A stretch of 64,000 bases of DNA from an uncultured Christensenellaceae bacterium. GTDB lineage: Bacteria > Bacillota > Clostridia > Christensenellales > UBA3700. Within the stretch, counting starts at the first letter, position 1. Every line of letters starts with the position of its first letter. Positions 1 to 9,753 of this stretch are shown here, in pieces. The stretch is from assembly GCA_944383895.1 (NCBI GenBank), contig CALWRH010000008.1, forward strand, positions 8,426 to 72,425. Reading direction: 5' to 3'. Position numbers and translations under genes: made by a program. The notes under the pieces were generated by a model. The model worked only from the letters and a program-made list of their open reading frames with translations. It had not been told where the DNA came from and searched no databases.

Positions 1-1056
1 TCCGTCGAGAGCATACGCGCCTTTGCCGTAGCCGAAATGAACGTTGTCAAAACTGACTGCGGGAGCGTTGTCGTCAAAAGTAACTTCGGTATTGCCTTCG
101 TCCGTTATAGACGGCTCTGTGTTGAGCACTTCGAGTATGCGGGATGCAGACGCCGAAGATTTTGTTATGAGTATGACCATATTGGCAACGACTACGAGAG
201 CAAGGGATATCTGCGTCATGTAGTTGACGAACGCTATGATCTCGCCCTGAGTCATTTCTCCGCTTTCGACGATACCTCCGCCGAAATAAAGAATAGCGAG
301 TATCGCCACGTTGATTATCGCAAAAGTTAGAGGATTGAGAAGAGCGGAGATCGCTCCGACGATATTGCTCGTGCGGGTCAGATCTTCAGCCGCAGCCTTA
401 AAACGCGCGCGTTCGTAGTCCTGGTTTGCAAAAGCTCTGACCACGCGGACACCTGCGAGATTTTCTCTCGTAACGTCGGTGACCGTGTCGAGTTTTTTCT
501 GCACCGTCTTGTAGTGCGGCACCGTCCTCGACATTATCATATAGAGCACAAACGCGATAAGAGGAGCCGCCGCAAGGAATATCAGCGAAAGTTTGAGATT
601 GATTATCATCGCCATTACCGCCGCGCCGATAACGAGGAAAGGAGCGCGTATGAACAGACGTATCATCATTGCGACCATATTCTGAAGCTGGTTTACGTCT
701 GCGGTAAGTCTGTTTACGAGAGTCGCCGCTCCGAATTTGTCCAGCTCTTTATAAGACAGTTTGTTGACGTGAGAGAACAGGTCGTTGCGTAAGAGAGTGC
801 CGTAGCCCTGCGAGCACTTGGACGCGACGTATTGACATATCAGCGCGCAGCAGAGTCCTACTATGCCGAGCGCGAGTATAAGAAAGCCGCGGGACAGGAT
901 ATATCCCGTACCTGCGTTCTGATTTATGCCTTCGTCGATGACCTGAGCCATTACGAGCGGAACGATAAGCTCAAAGATAGCCTCAAGCAATTTGAAGAAA
1001 GGACCGAATATCAGATGCGGTTTGTAGTTTTTCAGGTGGATAGCCAATCTTTTCAT
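1..1056 (-). CDS. ABC exporter, fused permease/ATPase (N-terminal transmembrane domain; 3' end runs off the window)
   Basis: Absent from the ORF track because there is no in-window stop. The reverse-strand ATG at 1056 opens a stop-free frame to base 1 (352 codons): MKRLAIHLKNYKPHLIFGPFFKLLEAIFEL... This is a type-I exporter TMD ending ...VSFDNVHFGYGKGAYALDG, the start of the nucleotide-binding domain. Confidence 0.85.
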   Translation of the reverse strand, partial: MKRLAIHLKNYKPHLIFGPFFKLLEAIFELIVPLVMAQVIDEGINQNAGTGYILSRGFLILALGIVGLCCALICQYVASKCSQGYGTLLRNDLFSHVNKLSYKELDKFGAATLVNRLTADVNQLQNMVAMMIRLFIRAPFLVIGAAVMAMIINLKLSLIFLAAAPLIAFVLYMIMSRTVPHYKTVQKKLDTVTDVTRENLAGVRVVRAFANQDYERARFKAAAEDLTRTSNIVGAISALLNPLTFAIINVAILAILYFGGGIVESGEMTQGEIIAFVNYMTQISLALVVVANMVILITKSSASASRILEVLNTEPSITDEGNTEVTFDDNAPAVSFDNVHFGYGKGAYALDG

Positions 1057-1071
1057 TTTCTCTCTCAAATA

Positions 1072-1100
1072 TTGACATTTTTTTACGGATAAAATACAAT
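1072..1100 (+). promoter_or_regulatory. sigma-70-type promoter for nadE
   Basis: TTGACA (1072-1077), 17-nt spacer, TACAAT (1095-1100). Confidence 0.5.
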
Positions 1101-1125
1101 AATAACTACGGAAAGTCAGTTTTTA

Positions 1126-1159
1126 TACAAAAAAACGACGCCGTAAAGGCAAGTCGTTT
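1126..1159 (-). terminator. intrinsic-terminator-like hairpin inside the leader of the ABC exporter gene
   Basis: Minus-strand stem AAACGAC/GTCGTTT (1133-1139 / 1153-1159) is followed by a T-run (plus-strand A-run 1129-1135). It lies between a minus-strand promoter and the ATG at 1056. Confidence 0.5.
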
Positions 1160-1184
1160 CCCCGTTTATCCGTTATCATAATAT

Positions 1185-1213
1185 AGTATATATGCGGCAG
1201 GGGAAAAATGCAA
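1185..1213 (-). promoter_or_regulatory. sigma-70-type promoter for the ABC exporter leader
   Basis: Minus strand: TTGCAT (1213-1208), 17-nt spacer, TATACT (1190-1185). Confidence 0.45.
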
Positions 1214-1229
1214 TAATTTGGAGCGTAAA

Positions 1230-3170
1230 ATGAAAGACGGTTTTGTAAAAGTTGCGGCGGTAAGTCCGTCGGTAAAGGTTGCGGATTGCGAATTCAATGC
1301 CTCGCAAATCTGTGAAGGCATACAGAGAGCTTTTGACGACGGAGCAAACGTAGTCGTTTTTCCCGAACTTTCGGTCTGCGGATATACATGCGGTGATCTG
1401 CTTTTGCAAAACGTGCTTTTACAGTCCGCAGAAAATGCCGTCGAGAAGATAAAGGATTTCAGCACGGGCAAGCAGATATTTGTCGTAATAGGCGCACCCG
1501 TAGTCGTTTGCGGAAAGTTGTACAACTGCGCTGTCGCGGTTTATGACGGCAAGATCCTCGGCATAGTGCCCAAACGGAATATACCGTCTTATGCAGAATT
1601 TTACGAGGGCAGGTATTTCGAAAGCGGAGATAAACTCGATCGCGTGGATAAAACAGAATATTGCGGAGAAACAGTCGACGTATGCTCGAAAGCCGTATTC
1701 AGATGCCGTAATATGAAAAATCTGTGCATTGGTATAGAGATTTGCGAAGACATGTGGATAGCGGGCGGACCCGCGGACAGACTTTGCGCCGCCGGCGCGA
1801 CAGTGATCTGCAATCTTTCGGCAAGCGACGAAACGGTAGGAAAAGACGATTACAGAAGACTGCTCATCAAGAGCGCGTCGGGCAAATGTAACTGCGGATA
1901 CGTTTACTGCGATTGCGGCAGCGGAGAGAGTTCTACCGACCTCGTATTTTCCGCTCACGACATGATAGCTGAAAACGGCGTTATTCTTGCTGAGAGCGAG
2001 CCTTTCGGCAAAGGGTACGCGATAAGCGAAATAGACGTAGAAAAGCTCGCTGCAGAGAGAATAAAACAAAATACGACTCCGTCAGAGCCGCTCAAAGAGA
2101 TATATTTCGACTGTGCGCTCAAAGACACGGCGCTCACGAGAAAAATAGAGAAATATCCGTTTGTTCCGCAGGGCGACGCAGACAGAAAGGCAAGGTGCGA
2201 GAGAGTCTTAGAGATACAGGCGCAGGGGCTTGCCAAGCGTATGCGTCACACGGGCAGTAAACATCTCGTGGTAGGTCTTTCGGGCGGACTTGACAGTGCG
2301 CTCGCGCTTCTCGTTATGTGCAAAGCGGCTGAGATAGTCGGTCTTGACAGAAAGAGCATAACCGCGCTTACCATGCCGTGTTTCGGCACTACGAAGAGGA
2401 CGCGTTCAAATGCTGAAAAACTCGCGCTTTCGCTCGGTGTAAGTTTCGGAAAGGTAGATATAACAAAGACCGTTGCAAGACATCTGAAAGATATCGGACA
2501 CGACGGAGTGACGGGCGATGTCGCGTTTGAAAACGCACAGGCGAGAGAACGTACTCAGGTGCTTATGGATTTCGCCAACAGGACGGGAGGACTCGTCGTA
2601 GGTACGGGCGATCTGTCAGAGCTTGCGCTCGGCTGGGCGACTTATAACGGCGATCATATGTCGATGTACGGCGTAAACGGCTCCGTGCCCAAAACGCTTG
2701 TCAGACATCTCGTCAGATATTATGCCGAAAACGTTGCGGAACTCAAGGCTCGCAGAGTGCTCGAAGATATTCTCGATACTCCCGTAAGTCCCGAGCTCAT
2801 ACCCGCAAAAGACGGGGAGATATCTCAAAAGACAGAGGAGATAGTCGGACCCTACGAGTTGCACGATTTCTTCCTTTACAATATCGTAAGGTGGGGATTC
2901 AGTCCGGCAAAGACCTTCCGCCTTGCAAAATACGCGTTTGAAGGCGATTTCGACGACAAGACAATTTATAAGTGGCTGAAGACCTTCGTTTCGAGGTTCT
3001 TCGCACAGCAGTTCAAACGCAGCTGTCTGCCTGACGGACCCAAGGTCGGCAGCGTGGATCTTTCTCCGAGAGGCGGCTGGCGTATGCCGAGCGACGCTTG
3101 CAGGACGGAGTGGATCAAAGATCTCGAAAGTTGCGATCCCGAAAAGCAATGTTCTGAATATAAACTATAA
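1230..3170 (+). CDS. nadE: glutamine-dependent NAD+ synthetase
   Basis: N-terminal CN-hydrolase domain (VVVFPELSVCGYTCGDLLL, EICEDMW) plus NAD synthetase domain with the PP-loop VVGLSGGLDSAL. ATG at 1230 is preferred over the track's TTG at 1218. Confidence 0.95.
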   Translation: MKDGFVKVAAVSPSVKVADCEFNASQICEGIQRAFDDGANVVVFPELSVCGYTCGDLLLQNVLLQSAENAVEKIKDFSTGKQIFVVIGAPVVVCGKLYNCAVAVYDGKILGIVPKRNIPSYAEFYEGRYFESGDKLDRVDKTEYCGETVDVCSKAVFRCRNMKNLCIGIEICEDMWIAGGPADRLCAAGATVICNLSASDETVGKDDYRRLLIKSASGKCNCGYVYCDCGSGESSTDLVFSAHDMIAENGVILAESEPFGKGYAISEIDVEKLAAERIKQNTTPSEPLKEIYFDCALKDTALTRKIEKYPFVPQGDADRKARCERVLEIQAQGLAKRMRHTGSKHLVVGLSGGLDSALALLVMCKAAEIVGLDRKSITALTMPCFGTTKRTRSNAEKLALSLGVSFGKVDITKTVARHLKDIGHDGVTGDVAFENAQARERTQVLMDFANRTGGLVVGTGDLSELALGWATYNGDHMSMYGVNGSVPKTLVRHLVRYYAENVAELKARRVLEDILDTPVSPELIPAKDGEISQKTEEIVGPYELHDFFLYNIVRWGFSPAKTFRLAKYAFEGDFDDKTIYKWLKTFVSRFFAQQFKRSCLPDGPKVGSVDLSPRGGWRMPSDACRTEWIKDLESCDPEKQCSEYKL

Positions 3171-3180
3171 ATACGGTATA

Positions 3181-3220
3181 AAAAAGCACCCGACCTCTTG
3201 TCGGGTGCAATATTTTTATT
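3181..3220. terminator. bidirectional rho-independent terminator
   Basis: Stem GCACCCGAC/GTCGGGTGC (3186-3208) flanked by an A-run and a T-run, between convergent nadE and the lipoprotein gene. Confidence 0.8.
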
Positions 3221-3226
3221 CTGCCG

Positions 3227-4309
3227 TTACGCGACGTTGTGAGAAAGACTCATCATCTCTGTGAGATCCTGAGGCGTAAATCCCTCTTCGTCATCATAGT
3301 AAGAGAACTTTCTGAAACTGTTTTGAGTGATCTCGGTTTGGATCAGACCTGATATACTCATGAAAAAGGATTCAGTGATGTTGAGATCTTTAATAAAGCC
3401 GTTGTCCCACATCGTGATTTCAAGCTCGATCTTTCTGAACTCAAAATCTTCAGCATTGGCGACGGTGGAATTGAGCATGTACATCATCTGCTTGGTGTAA
3501 TCAACGGTAGAAGCCTGAGGGTCAGCTACGATCTTGAAGGTATAGGTGCCGTCACCGTTGTTTACAGGCATTGTCGACCAATCTGACAGATAAGTACTTT
3601 CGTTGATATCGTACATCCATATTTTGGTAGGATCTACAATAGAGGCTGTTAACTGATAATCGTTCATGTCAGAAAAGCTTTGAATTGCATCGAAACCCTT
3701 GCCATCTTCAAAAACAAGCTCATAATCATTGGAAGTCTTATTTGCAATGAGATATTCAGGGTTTGCTTTGCGGAAATTGATTTGCATAGAGCCTTCGTTT
3801 TTTTCGATAGCGGTCTCTTCCCAGATCATGATTTCAACTAGAGAAGAACCTACGCTGCCGGAAATGTTGTTGCTGAACTGCTTGTAATCTCCGTTGGAGC
3901 TGCCCTGTCTGACGGTCAGAGATTTAACAAACTGATAGAAATTCAAGCCCATAACGGTGGTAGAGAAGGAGCCTTCGCTGTTGGATGCGATATAGCTTGC
4001 ACCGTAGTAGTTTTTAACGCCGACCTCAAGCATTTCTATTGCGGACATGTCAGAAGTGATCTGGACGGTCGGAGCGATCGAGGGACGTCTTTCTCCGAAA
4101 CCGTAAATTGGTGCTGGCGGATCGTTTTCGTCATCAGGGTCGGTGAGTTCGTCATCGGAATCATCTGTATCGTTATCGTTGTTATCTCCTGTGGCGGTAT
4201 TGCTGTTGTCATCTAAAGATTCTGTTTTGTCAAAGCAAGCTGCGAAAGAGCAGAGCACGACAGAAAAAATCATGATCAAAGCGATCATAAACAAAAATTT
4301 TTTACGCAT
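3227..4309 (-). CDS. lipoprotein of unknown function with acidic linker
   Basis: Signal peptide plus lipobox (MRKKFLFMIALIMIFSVVLCSFAAC). SD AGGAGA lies upstream of the ATG at 4309. A linker DDNSNTATGDNNDNDTDDSDDELTDPDDEND precedes a ~290-aa domain with no motif I recognise. Confidence 0.8.
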   Translation of the reverse strand: MRKKFLFMIALIMIFSVVLCSFAACFDKTESLDDNSNTATGDNNDNDTDDSDDELTDPDDENDPPAPIYGFGERRPSIAPTVQITSDMSAIEMLEVGVKNYYGASYIASNSEGSFSTTVMGLNFYQFVKSLTVRQGSSNGDYKQFSNNISGSVGSSLVEIMIWEETAIEKNEGSMQINFRKANPEYLIANKTSNDYELVFEDGKGFDAIQSFSDMNDYQLTASIVDPTKIWMYDINESTYLSDWSTMPVNNGDGTYTFKIVADPQASTVDYTKQMMYMLNSTVANAEDFEFRKIELEITMWDNGFIKDLNITESFFMSISGLIQTEITQNSFRKFSYYDDEEGFTPQDLTEMMSLSHNVA

Positions 4310-4382
4310 GTTTTTTCTCCTGAAAGTTATGCACAAATTATAACATTATCAATTGAAATAGTCAATTATGTTGTAGAGTATA

Positions 4383-4420
4383 AAATAAAAAAGCACCTCT
4401 CATGAAGAGAAGTGCTTTTT
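4383..4420 (-). terminator. rho-independent terminator (bidirectional in appearance)
   Basis: Hairpin 4391-4417 (AAGCACCTCTC...GAGAAGTGCTT, one mismatch) with flanking A and T runs, downstream of the 4436..5452 gene. Confidence 0.75.
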
Positions 4421-4435
4421 CTTCGTTTGATTTGA

Positions 4436-5452
4436 TTATAAGAGTTCTGCAAGAATCGCCTTGCTTGCGCTCATGTCGTTATCTTTTTCGGTATATGAGT
4501 AGAAGGTGTAAGATGTGCTGTCGGCAGAGCCTTCGTAGTTGATTAGAACGTTGCCGATCTTACCGCTCCAGTTTTCGCTGGTTTCGTAATATCTCATCAA
4601 TCCGCACTCCCATATCTGAGCTTTGACGACAAGTTTGTTGACTTTCATGTCCGTACCTCCGTTATCTTCGCAAAGTTTGTCTATCGTGCGGGAGTCGGAG
4701 TTCGCAACGTCGACGTCGACTTCAAATGAGAGAGAGTAGTATACATAACCGTCCTCGTTGGTTTTCTTCTCGATAGAGATCGAATCTTCTTTTATGATGC
4801 CGCCTTTATCCCAGTAAGCAACGGTCTTTTTGGTTTCTTCAAGATTCTGACTGCTGGCAACAGATTCCGAATCTCCGAAATTTTTACCTTTGCTCCAACC
4901 GTCGTCGTTTTTCATAGAAATAAGACCTGTTTCTTCATCGTACGTCATGTCTTTGATGTCGCCGCTTATACGATATATTTTATTATCGGTAAGCAGTCTT
5001 ATCATTGCGCTTTGCACAAAAGTGACTTCTAAGTTTCCGAAGTTGTGGTTTATAGGAAGTTTTAACGTAGTATCGTCTTTTTCTTGCTGATTTTGTTTAC
5101 GCAAACGCTGATAAATGAGCGTTCCTTCCTGTTTGTCAAGTTTAGTAGTACCAATCTTGTACTGAAAATAATTGAATCTTGCAAGAGAAGTGCTCATTTC
5201 GTTCTGCTCGGTAGCAGACATCATCTGCATTATTTTTTGAGCGTCGGTTAGACTGCTATTTTCATAGATAGACTTAGCGGATATGAGTCCCGAAACGTCT
5301 AGTACCGTATCGGGGCATACGTCGGTGTCATTAAGTAAATTAGGAATATCTTCGGGGAGATCGCCTTCTATTTTTTCAGCACAACCCGCAAAGCAAGCAG
5401 CGGTAAGTCCTATCACCAGAACAATAGCTATAATCGGAATAAACTTTTTCAT
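4436..5452 (-). CDS. lipoprotein of unknown function
   Basis: MKKFIPIIAIVLVIGLTAACFAGC signal peptide and lipobox, with SD GAGGA upstream. The C-terminal region resembles that of the neighbouring lipoprotein by eye (AQIWECGLMRYY vs ITMWDNGFIKDL). Confidence 0.8.
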   Translation of the reverse strand: MKKFIPIIAIVLVIGLTAACFAGCAEKIEGDLPEDIPNLLNDTDVCPDTVLDVSGLISAKSIYENSSLTDAQKIMQMMSATEQNEMSTSLARFNYFQYKIGTTKLDKQEGTLIYQRLRKQNQQEKDDTTLKLPINHNFGNLEVTFVQSAMIRLLTDNKIYRISGDIKDMTYDEETGLISMKNDDGWSKGKNFGDSESVASSQNLEETKKTVAYWDKGGIIKEDSISIEKKTNEDGYVYYSLSFEVDVDVANSDSRTIDKLCEDNGGTDMKVNKLVVKAQIWECGLMRYYETSENWSGKIGNVLINYEGSADSTSYTFYSYTEKDNDMSASKAILAELL

Positions 5453-5632
5453 AATATCCTCTTCTCATAATTTATTCGCCCGGCGAACGCCGTACGTTTC
5501 TCATTGTTTGCGGCGGGTATTATCGATATTATCCCGCTTTTCTTTTATTATATTATTGCGCATAACGCCTTGTCAACTCCCATTTGCGCACAAAATATGG
5601 ATAAAACGGTTAATAATAATTAAAAGAGCGGA

Positions 5633-5662
5633 TTGACAATGCGGCAAATATTATTTTATACT
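5633..5662 (+). promoter_or_regulatory. promoter for the GH38 gene
   Basis: TTGACA (5633-5638), 17/18-nt spacer, TTATAC/TATACT. Confidence 0.5.
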
Positions 5663-5692
5663 TTGTAGTAGAGATCCAAAAAGAGGTAGATT

Positions 5693-8635
5693 ATGATAGA
5701 AAGGTTTTTGCTTTATCCTGCGCACGTTTTTTCATTGATGAGGGTGAGAAAGGATATCTTCAAGAAGGTTTCTCAACTCAAAGCATGGGTCTTTAAGAGT
5801 GACGAACCTGTCAGTATAGACGACGCGAAAAAGTCGTTTGAAAGCATAAAAAAAGGTGATGTCTGGGCGACGGATTTTGGTTGCGCCATATTTGAATTTT
5901 CAGGTAAAATTCCGAGTGCGGCAAAAGGAAGAAAAACGGTTGCGCTTGTTGATATTCAGGGCGAAGGACTCGTCGTAAAGGACGGCGTGCCCGTCATAGG
6001 CATTACGCAGGTAACGGACGGGATCGATATCGTTCAAAGCGCGAAAGGCAAACAGGAGATACTTTTGTCGGAGTGCGCAAACGGCGGCGAAGACGTATTG
6101 TTTTACGTCGATGCGGGATATAACGGCAAGAAGAAAAAAACAGGCACATGCGCTAAATTCCGCCGCGCTGACATAGCTGTCGTAAACGAAGACGCCAGAG
6201 CGTTTTACTATGACGCTCTGCAACTTTTCATGTTGCTGCTTACTTATGGACAAAACGAATATCTTAAGAAGGAAAGAGCTGACGAGATAGACAACGCGCT
6301 CAAAAAAGCCTTTGCATCATACTTCAGAAAAGATACGGCAAAAGCGAGAGAACTGCTCAAAAAGACGGCGCAAAGATCAATTGACTACAAAGCTCCCGTT
6401 TACACTGCTGTCGGACACGCTCATCTCGATCTCGCGTATCTCTGGCCGATAAGAGAAACAAAGCGCAAGGGCGCGCGCACTTTTGCGAATCAGATCTCAA
6501 ATCTCAAAAAATATCCCGATTACGTTTTCGGAGCAAGCCAGGCGCAGCTGTTTGCCTGGATGAAAGAACTGTACCCCGAAATTTATAAGGATATAAAGCG
6601 TTTCGTTGACGAGGGAAGAATAGAGTTGCAGGGCGCGATGTGGACGGAAAACGACTGCAACATCCCGTCGGGAGAGAGCATAATAAGGCAGTTTCTGTAC
6701 GGCGAAGAATTCTTCCAAAATGAGTTTTCGAAGTCGAGCAAAGTAGTATGGCTGCCGGACGTATTCGGTTATCCCGCGTCACTTCCGCAGATATTCAGAG
6801 GTTGCGGCAAGGATTATTTTGCGACGATAAAGCTGACATGGAACAATCACAATAAATTTCCTTACAAGACTTTCAGCTGGAAAGGCATAGACGGCAGCGA
6901 GATATTGTCGCATATGGCTCCTCAGGGCAACTACAATTCCACCGTTACGCCAATGGCTTTCGTCAAATCTTTCAAAGGCAATCCGCAGAAAGACGACGTA
7001 AATCACGCGCTTATGATCTTCGGTATAGGCGACGGAGGCGGCGGACCTGGAGAGGCACCTCTCGAACTTCTTCAAAGAGAGCGCGACCAGGCGGGACTTG
7101 CACCCGTAAAGTTCGGTACGGCAGGCGGATTTTTCGAGGAACTCTCGGCAGATAAAGACGCGGTCGTACCCGTCTACGAAGGAGAGCTCTATCTCGAAAA
7201 ACATCAGGGAACGTATACCTCGCAGGCAAGGAATAAACTTTACAACAGATTTATGGAGCAGGAACTGCACACTCTCGAGTGGCTTTGCTCGCTTGCGACG
7301 ATCAAGGGCATAAAGTGGAATAAAGAAGAGATCGATGCGATATGGAAAGAGGTGTTGCTCTATCAGTTTCACGATATAATCCCAGGCAGTTCGATAAAAC
7401 GAGTGTTCGAAGAGAGCGTTGCGAGATACAAATTGCTGCACGAAAAAGTCGTAAACGAGCGCAACAGGCTTCTCGTTGCGATGAAGAAAAAAGACGGAGT
7501 GAAGAGCGTTGTAAACCCCGTGGATTTCGAGAGAAAGGAATACGTCAAGGACGGAGAAAAATGGTATCTCGCTGAAGTCGGACCGTATAGCGCGGCAGAG
7601 CTTAAAGAGTGCTCCGACTGTGCAGTCAAGGCGGGTGAAAACTGGATATCCAACGATAAGATAAAAGTAACTTTCTGTAAAGAGGGTTGGATAAATTCAG
7701 TGGTAGAAATCGACACGGGCAAGGAAATTTGCGGAGAGTATTTTGACAAGCTCGTCGTTTACGAGGATCCTAAACTGTTCTACAACGCATGGGATATAAG
7801 AGAGGATTACAGACAGCTCCCGAGCTCTCCAATGACGCTTGTCGAGAGCAGATGTTACGTCGACGGAGCTTGTGCGGTAAGAGAGGCGACTTTCATTTAC
7901 GGAGCGTCGACGCTCGTGCAGAAGACGGTCCTCAAGGCAGGCGATTCCTTCGTCGAGTTCGACAACTGCGCGGATTGGCACGAGGATTTCAAAATGCTCA
8001 GGGCGGAATTCAAACCGACGGTATATTCGGATAAAGTAAACTGCGATATACAGTTTGGCAATGTAGACAGAGATACTGCAGACGATACCCCTATCAGAAA
8101 GGCACAATTTGAGATATGCGCGCACAAGTTCGTTAACGTAGACGGCGACGGAGAAGGTTTTGCGGTGCTCTCAAACTGCAAATACGGCTACAGGGTAAAA
8201 GACGGTTATATCTCACTCAATCTTTTGCGCAGTCCCAAACGTCCCGATCCCGATTGCGACAGAGGAGAACACTATTTCGGATTCGCCATGTATCCGCATG
8301 CGGGCAATTGGCAAAACAGCGATCTGGTGAAAAAGGCATACTGCTATAATTATCCTCTTATCGTATGCGAATTTTTGCCCTCTCTCGAAAGACTTGTAGA
8401 CGACGGCAACGAGAACGTCATTGTAGAAACTATCAAACCGTCGCACGACGGTAAGGGCATAATTGCAAGAGTATACGAAAGATACGGCGAAGAAACCGAG
8501 GCTAATATCCGTGCGGGATTCAGATACAAAGCCGTATATCATGCCGATATGCTCGAGCGCAGACAGAAAAAAGTAGACAGTTCTGCGATCAGGTTCGGCA
8601 AATACAAGATAGACACACTGTATTTTGAGCTGTAA
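5693..8635 (+). CDS. GH38 alpha-mannosidase (cytoplasmic)
   Basis: 980 aa. GH38 hallmarks VGHAHLDLAYLWP and WLPDVFGYPASLPQ. No signal peptide. Confidence 0.9.
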   Translation: MIERFLLYPAHVFSLMRVRKDIFKKVSQLKAWVFKSDEPVSIDDAKKSFESIKKGDVWATDFGCAIFEFSGKIPSAAKGRKTVALVDIQGEGLVVKDGVPVIGITQVTDGIDIVQSAKGKQEILLSECANGGEDVLFYVDAGYNGKKKKTGTCAKFRRADIAVVNEDARAFYYDALQLFMLLLTYGQNEYLKKERADEIDNALKKAFASYFRKDTAKARELLKKTAQRSIDYKAPVYTAVGHAHLDLAYLWPIRETKRKGARTFANQISNLKKYPDYVFGASQAQLFAWMKELYPEIYKDIKRFVDEGRIELQGAMWTENDCNIPSGESIIRQFLYGEEFFQNEFSKSSKVVWLPDVFGYPASLPQIFRGCGKDYFATIKLTWNNHNKFPYKTFSWKGIDGSEILSHMAPQGNYNSTVTPMAFVKSFKGNPQKDDVNHALMIFGIGDGGGGPGEAPLELLQRERDQAGLAPVKFGTAGGFFEELSADKDAVVPVYEGELYLEKHQGTYTSQARNKLYNRFMEQELHTLEWLCSLATIKGIKWNKEEIDAIWKEVLLYQFHDIIPGSSIKRVFEESVARYKLLHEKVVNERNRLLVAMKKKDGVKSVVNPVDFERKEYVKDGEKWYLAEVGPYSAAELKECSDCAVKAGENWISNDKIKVTFCKEGWINSVVEIDTGKEICGEYFDKLVVYEDPKLFYNAWDIREDYRQLPSSPMTLVESRCYVDGACAVREATFIYGASTLVQKTVLKAGDSFVEFDNCADWHEDFKMLRAEFKPTVYSDKVNCDIQFGNVDRDTADDTPIRKAQFEICAHKFVNVDGDGEGFAVLSNCKYGYRVKDGYISLNLLRSPKRPDPDCDRGEHYFGFAMYPHAGNWQNSDLVKKAYCYNYPLIVCEFLPSLERLVDDGNENVIVETIKPSHDGKGIIARVYERYGEETEANIRAGFRYKAVYHADMLERRQKKVDSSAIRFGKYKIDTLYFEL

Positions 8636-8652
8636 ATAAACGATACGGATAG

Positions 8653-8681
8653 TCGCACTGCATGATGCCGTGCGATTTTTT
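8653..8681 (+). terminator. rho-independent terminator
   Basis: Stem TCGCAC/GTGCGA (8653-8658 / 8670-8675) followed by TTTTTT. Confidence 0.75.
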
Positions 8682-8732
8682 CGCACCCGTGTTTATCAAA
8701 AGTATATTACAAGCAGCGCAAAAAATTAAATA

Positions 8733-8761
8733 TTGACAGGATATACGACGTATGATATTAT
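8733..8761 (+). promoter_or_regulatory. promoter of the small membrane-protein operon
   Basis: TTGACA (8733-8738), 17 nt, TATTAT. Confidence 0.45.
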
Positions 8762-8794
8762 AATAAAAAGCGCCAAATAACTTGTTTTACAGCT

Positions 8795-9235
8795 ATGGCC
8801 AGGCGCGAGAGGTTGTGCTTGAATACGGGGGATAAACTGCGGATATGCGGTATAAGAATAGCCGATATCGCTTTCAAAGCATGCGTGGTCGCTACGTTGC
8901 TTACTTTGTTTACGGCGTTTACGCCTCTTATCTTCGCGTTTTACATTTTATGTCTTCTCGTAGCTGTTATTATTACGCTCGGTACCGTATTTCTGATGAT
9001 CGAAGACTTCGGATCGTTTTTTGTCAATTCTACCGAAAGCATGGGAAGTTTTACTCAGAGCGCGACAAAGGCTATGCCGTTTTTTGCCGCGGCGGGCATA
9101 ATTGCGGCAATTATATGTATCGTATTGTATCTGTTTGAAATAAGGACCAAAAAGCATACGGAGAAGATCGCGGCGGCATCGGTGTGCGCCGTGCTCACAT
9201 TGCTTTTTACTCTTTTTTCAAAGGCGGTGAGCTGA
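8795..9235 (+). CDS. small multi-pass membrane protein, unknown function
   Basis: 146 aa with about four hydrophobic helices (VVATLLTLFTAFTPLIFAFYILCLLVAVIITLGTVFLMI...). No clear SD, so the start is uncertain. Confidence 0.55.
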   Translation: MARRERLCLNTGDKLRICGIRIADIAFKACVVATLLTLFTAFTPLIFAFYILCLLVAVIITLGTVFLMIEDFGSFFVNSTESMGSFTQSATKAMPFFAAAGIIAAIICIVLYLFEIRTKKHTEKIAAASVCAVLTLLFTLFSKAVS

Positions 9236-9741
9236 TGGCGAAGCTCGATCTGAAAATAAGAAGTCTTGCAGGCGGATCGCCCGTAGTAAAGATAGACGGC
9301 AAAAGGTTGAAGTTCAGGAAGAACAGATTCGGCAATTATAATTCGTCATGCGAAGTTTCGGACGGGGCGGTGCTCAGTGTATGCACATGGGATCCGATAA
9401 CAGATCCGCTGTGGCTTTTGTGGGAAACGCTTTATTTCGTTTTCAGCATTTTCGGCATATTGGATATAGGCAGAGAAAAATTCAGAAGAGCGGCGGTTTT
9501 CGAGGCTGTGCTGCATCCGAGCGGTGACGGTAAAGCGGCGGTCACGCTTTTAAGGACTACGGGGGAGAGATCTCCCGCAGCGGAACTGAGCTGCGACTTC
9601 GATGCCGAGATAATCAGAAACGAATATTGCGACGAAGCGAAGATAAGATCGAGACGCAGGATAATTACGGCGTTAAAAATCGCAACATGGATCGCGATAA
9701 TTGCGATTGCGATTTCAGTTGCGGCAGGAATAAATGCATAA
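9235..9741 (+). CDS. membrane-anchored protein, unknown function
   Basis: The ATG overlaps the upstream stop (CTGATGG). It has a hydrophobic hairpin WLLWETLYFVFSIFGIL and a C-terminal TM ALKIATWIAIIAIAISVAAG. The track's 9184 start is an out-of-context extension. Confidence 0.6.
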   Translation: MAKLDLKIRSLAGGSPVVKIDGKRLKFRKNRFGNYNSSCEVSDGAVLSVCTWDPITDPLWLLWETLYFVFSIFGILDIGREKFRRAAVFEAVLHPSGDGKAAVTLLRTTGERSPAAELSCDFDAEIIRNEYCDEAKIRSRRRIITALKIATWIAIIAIAISVAAGINA

Positions 9742-9753
9742 CGGGAGGAGTTT

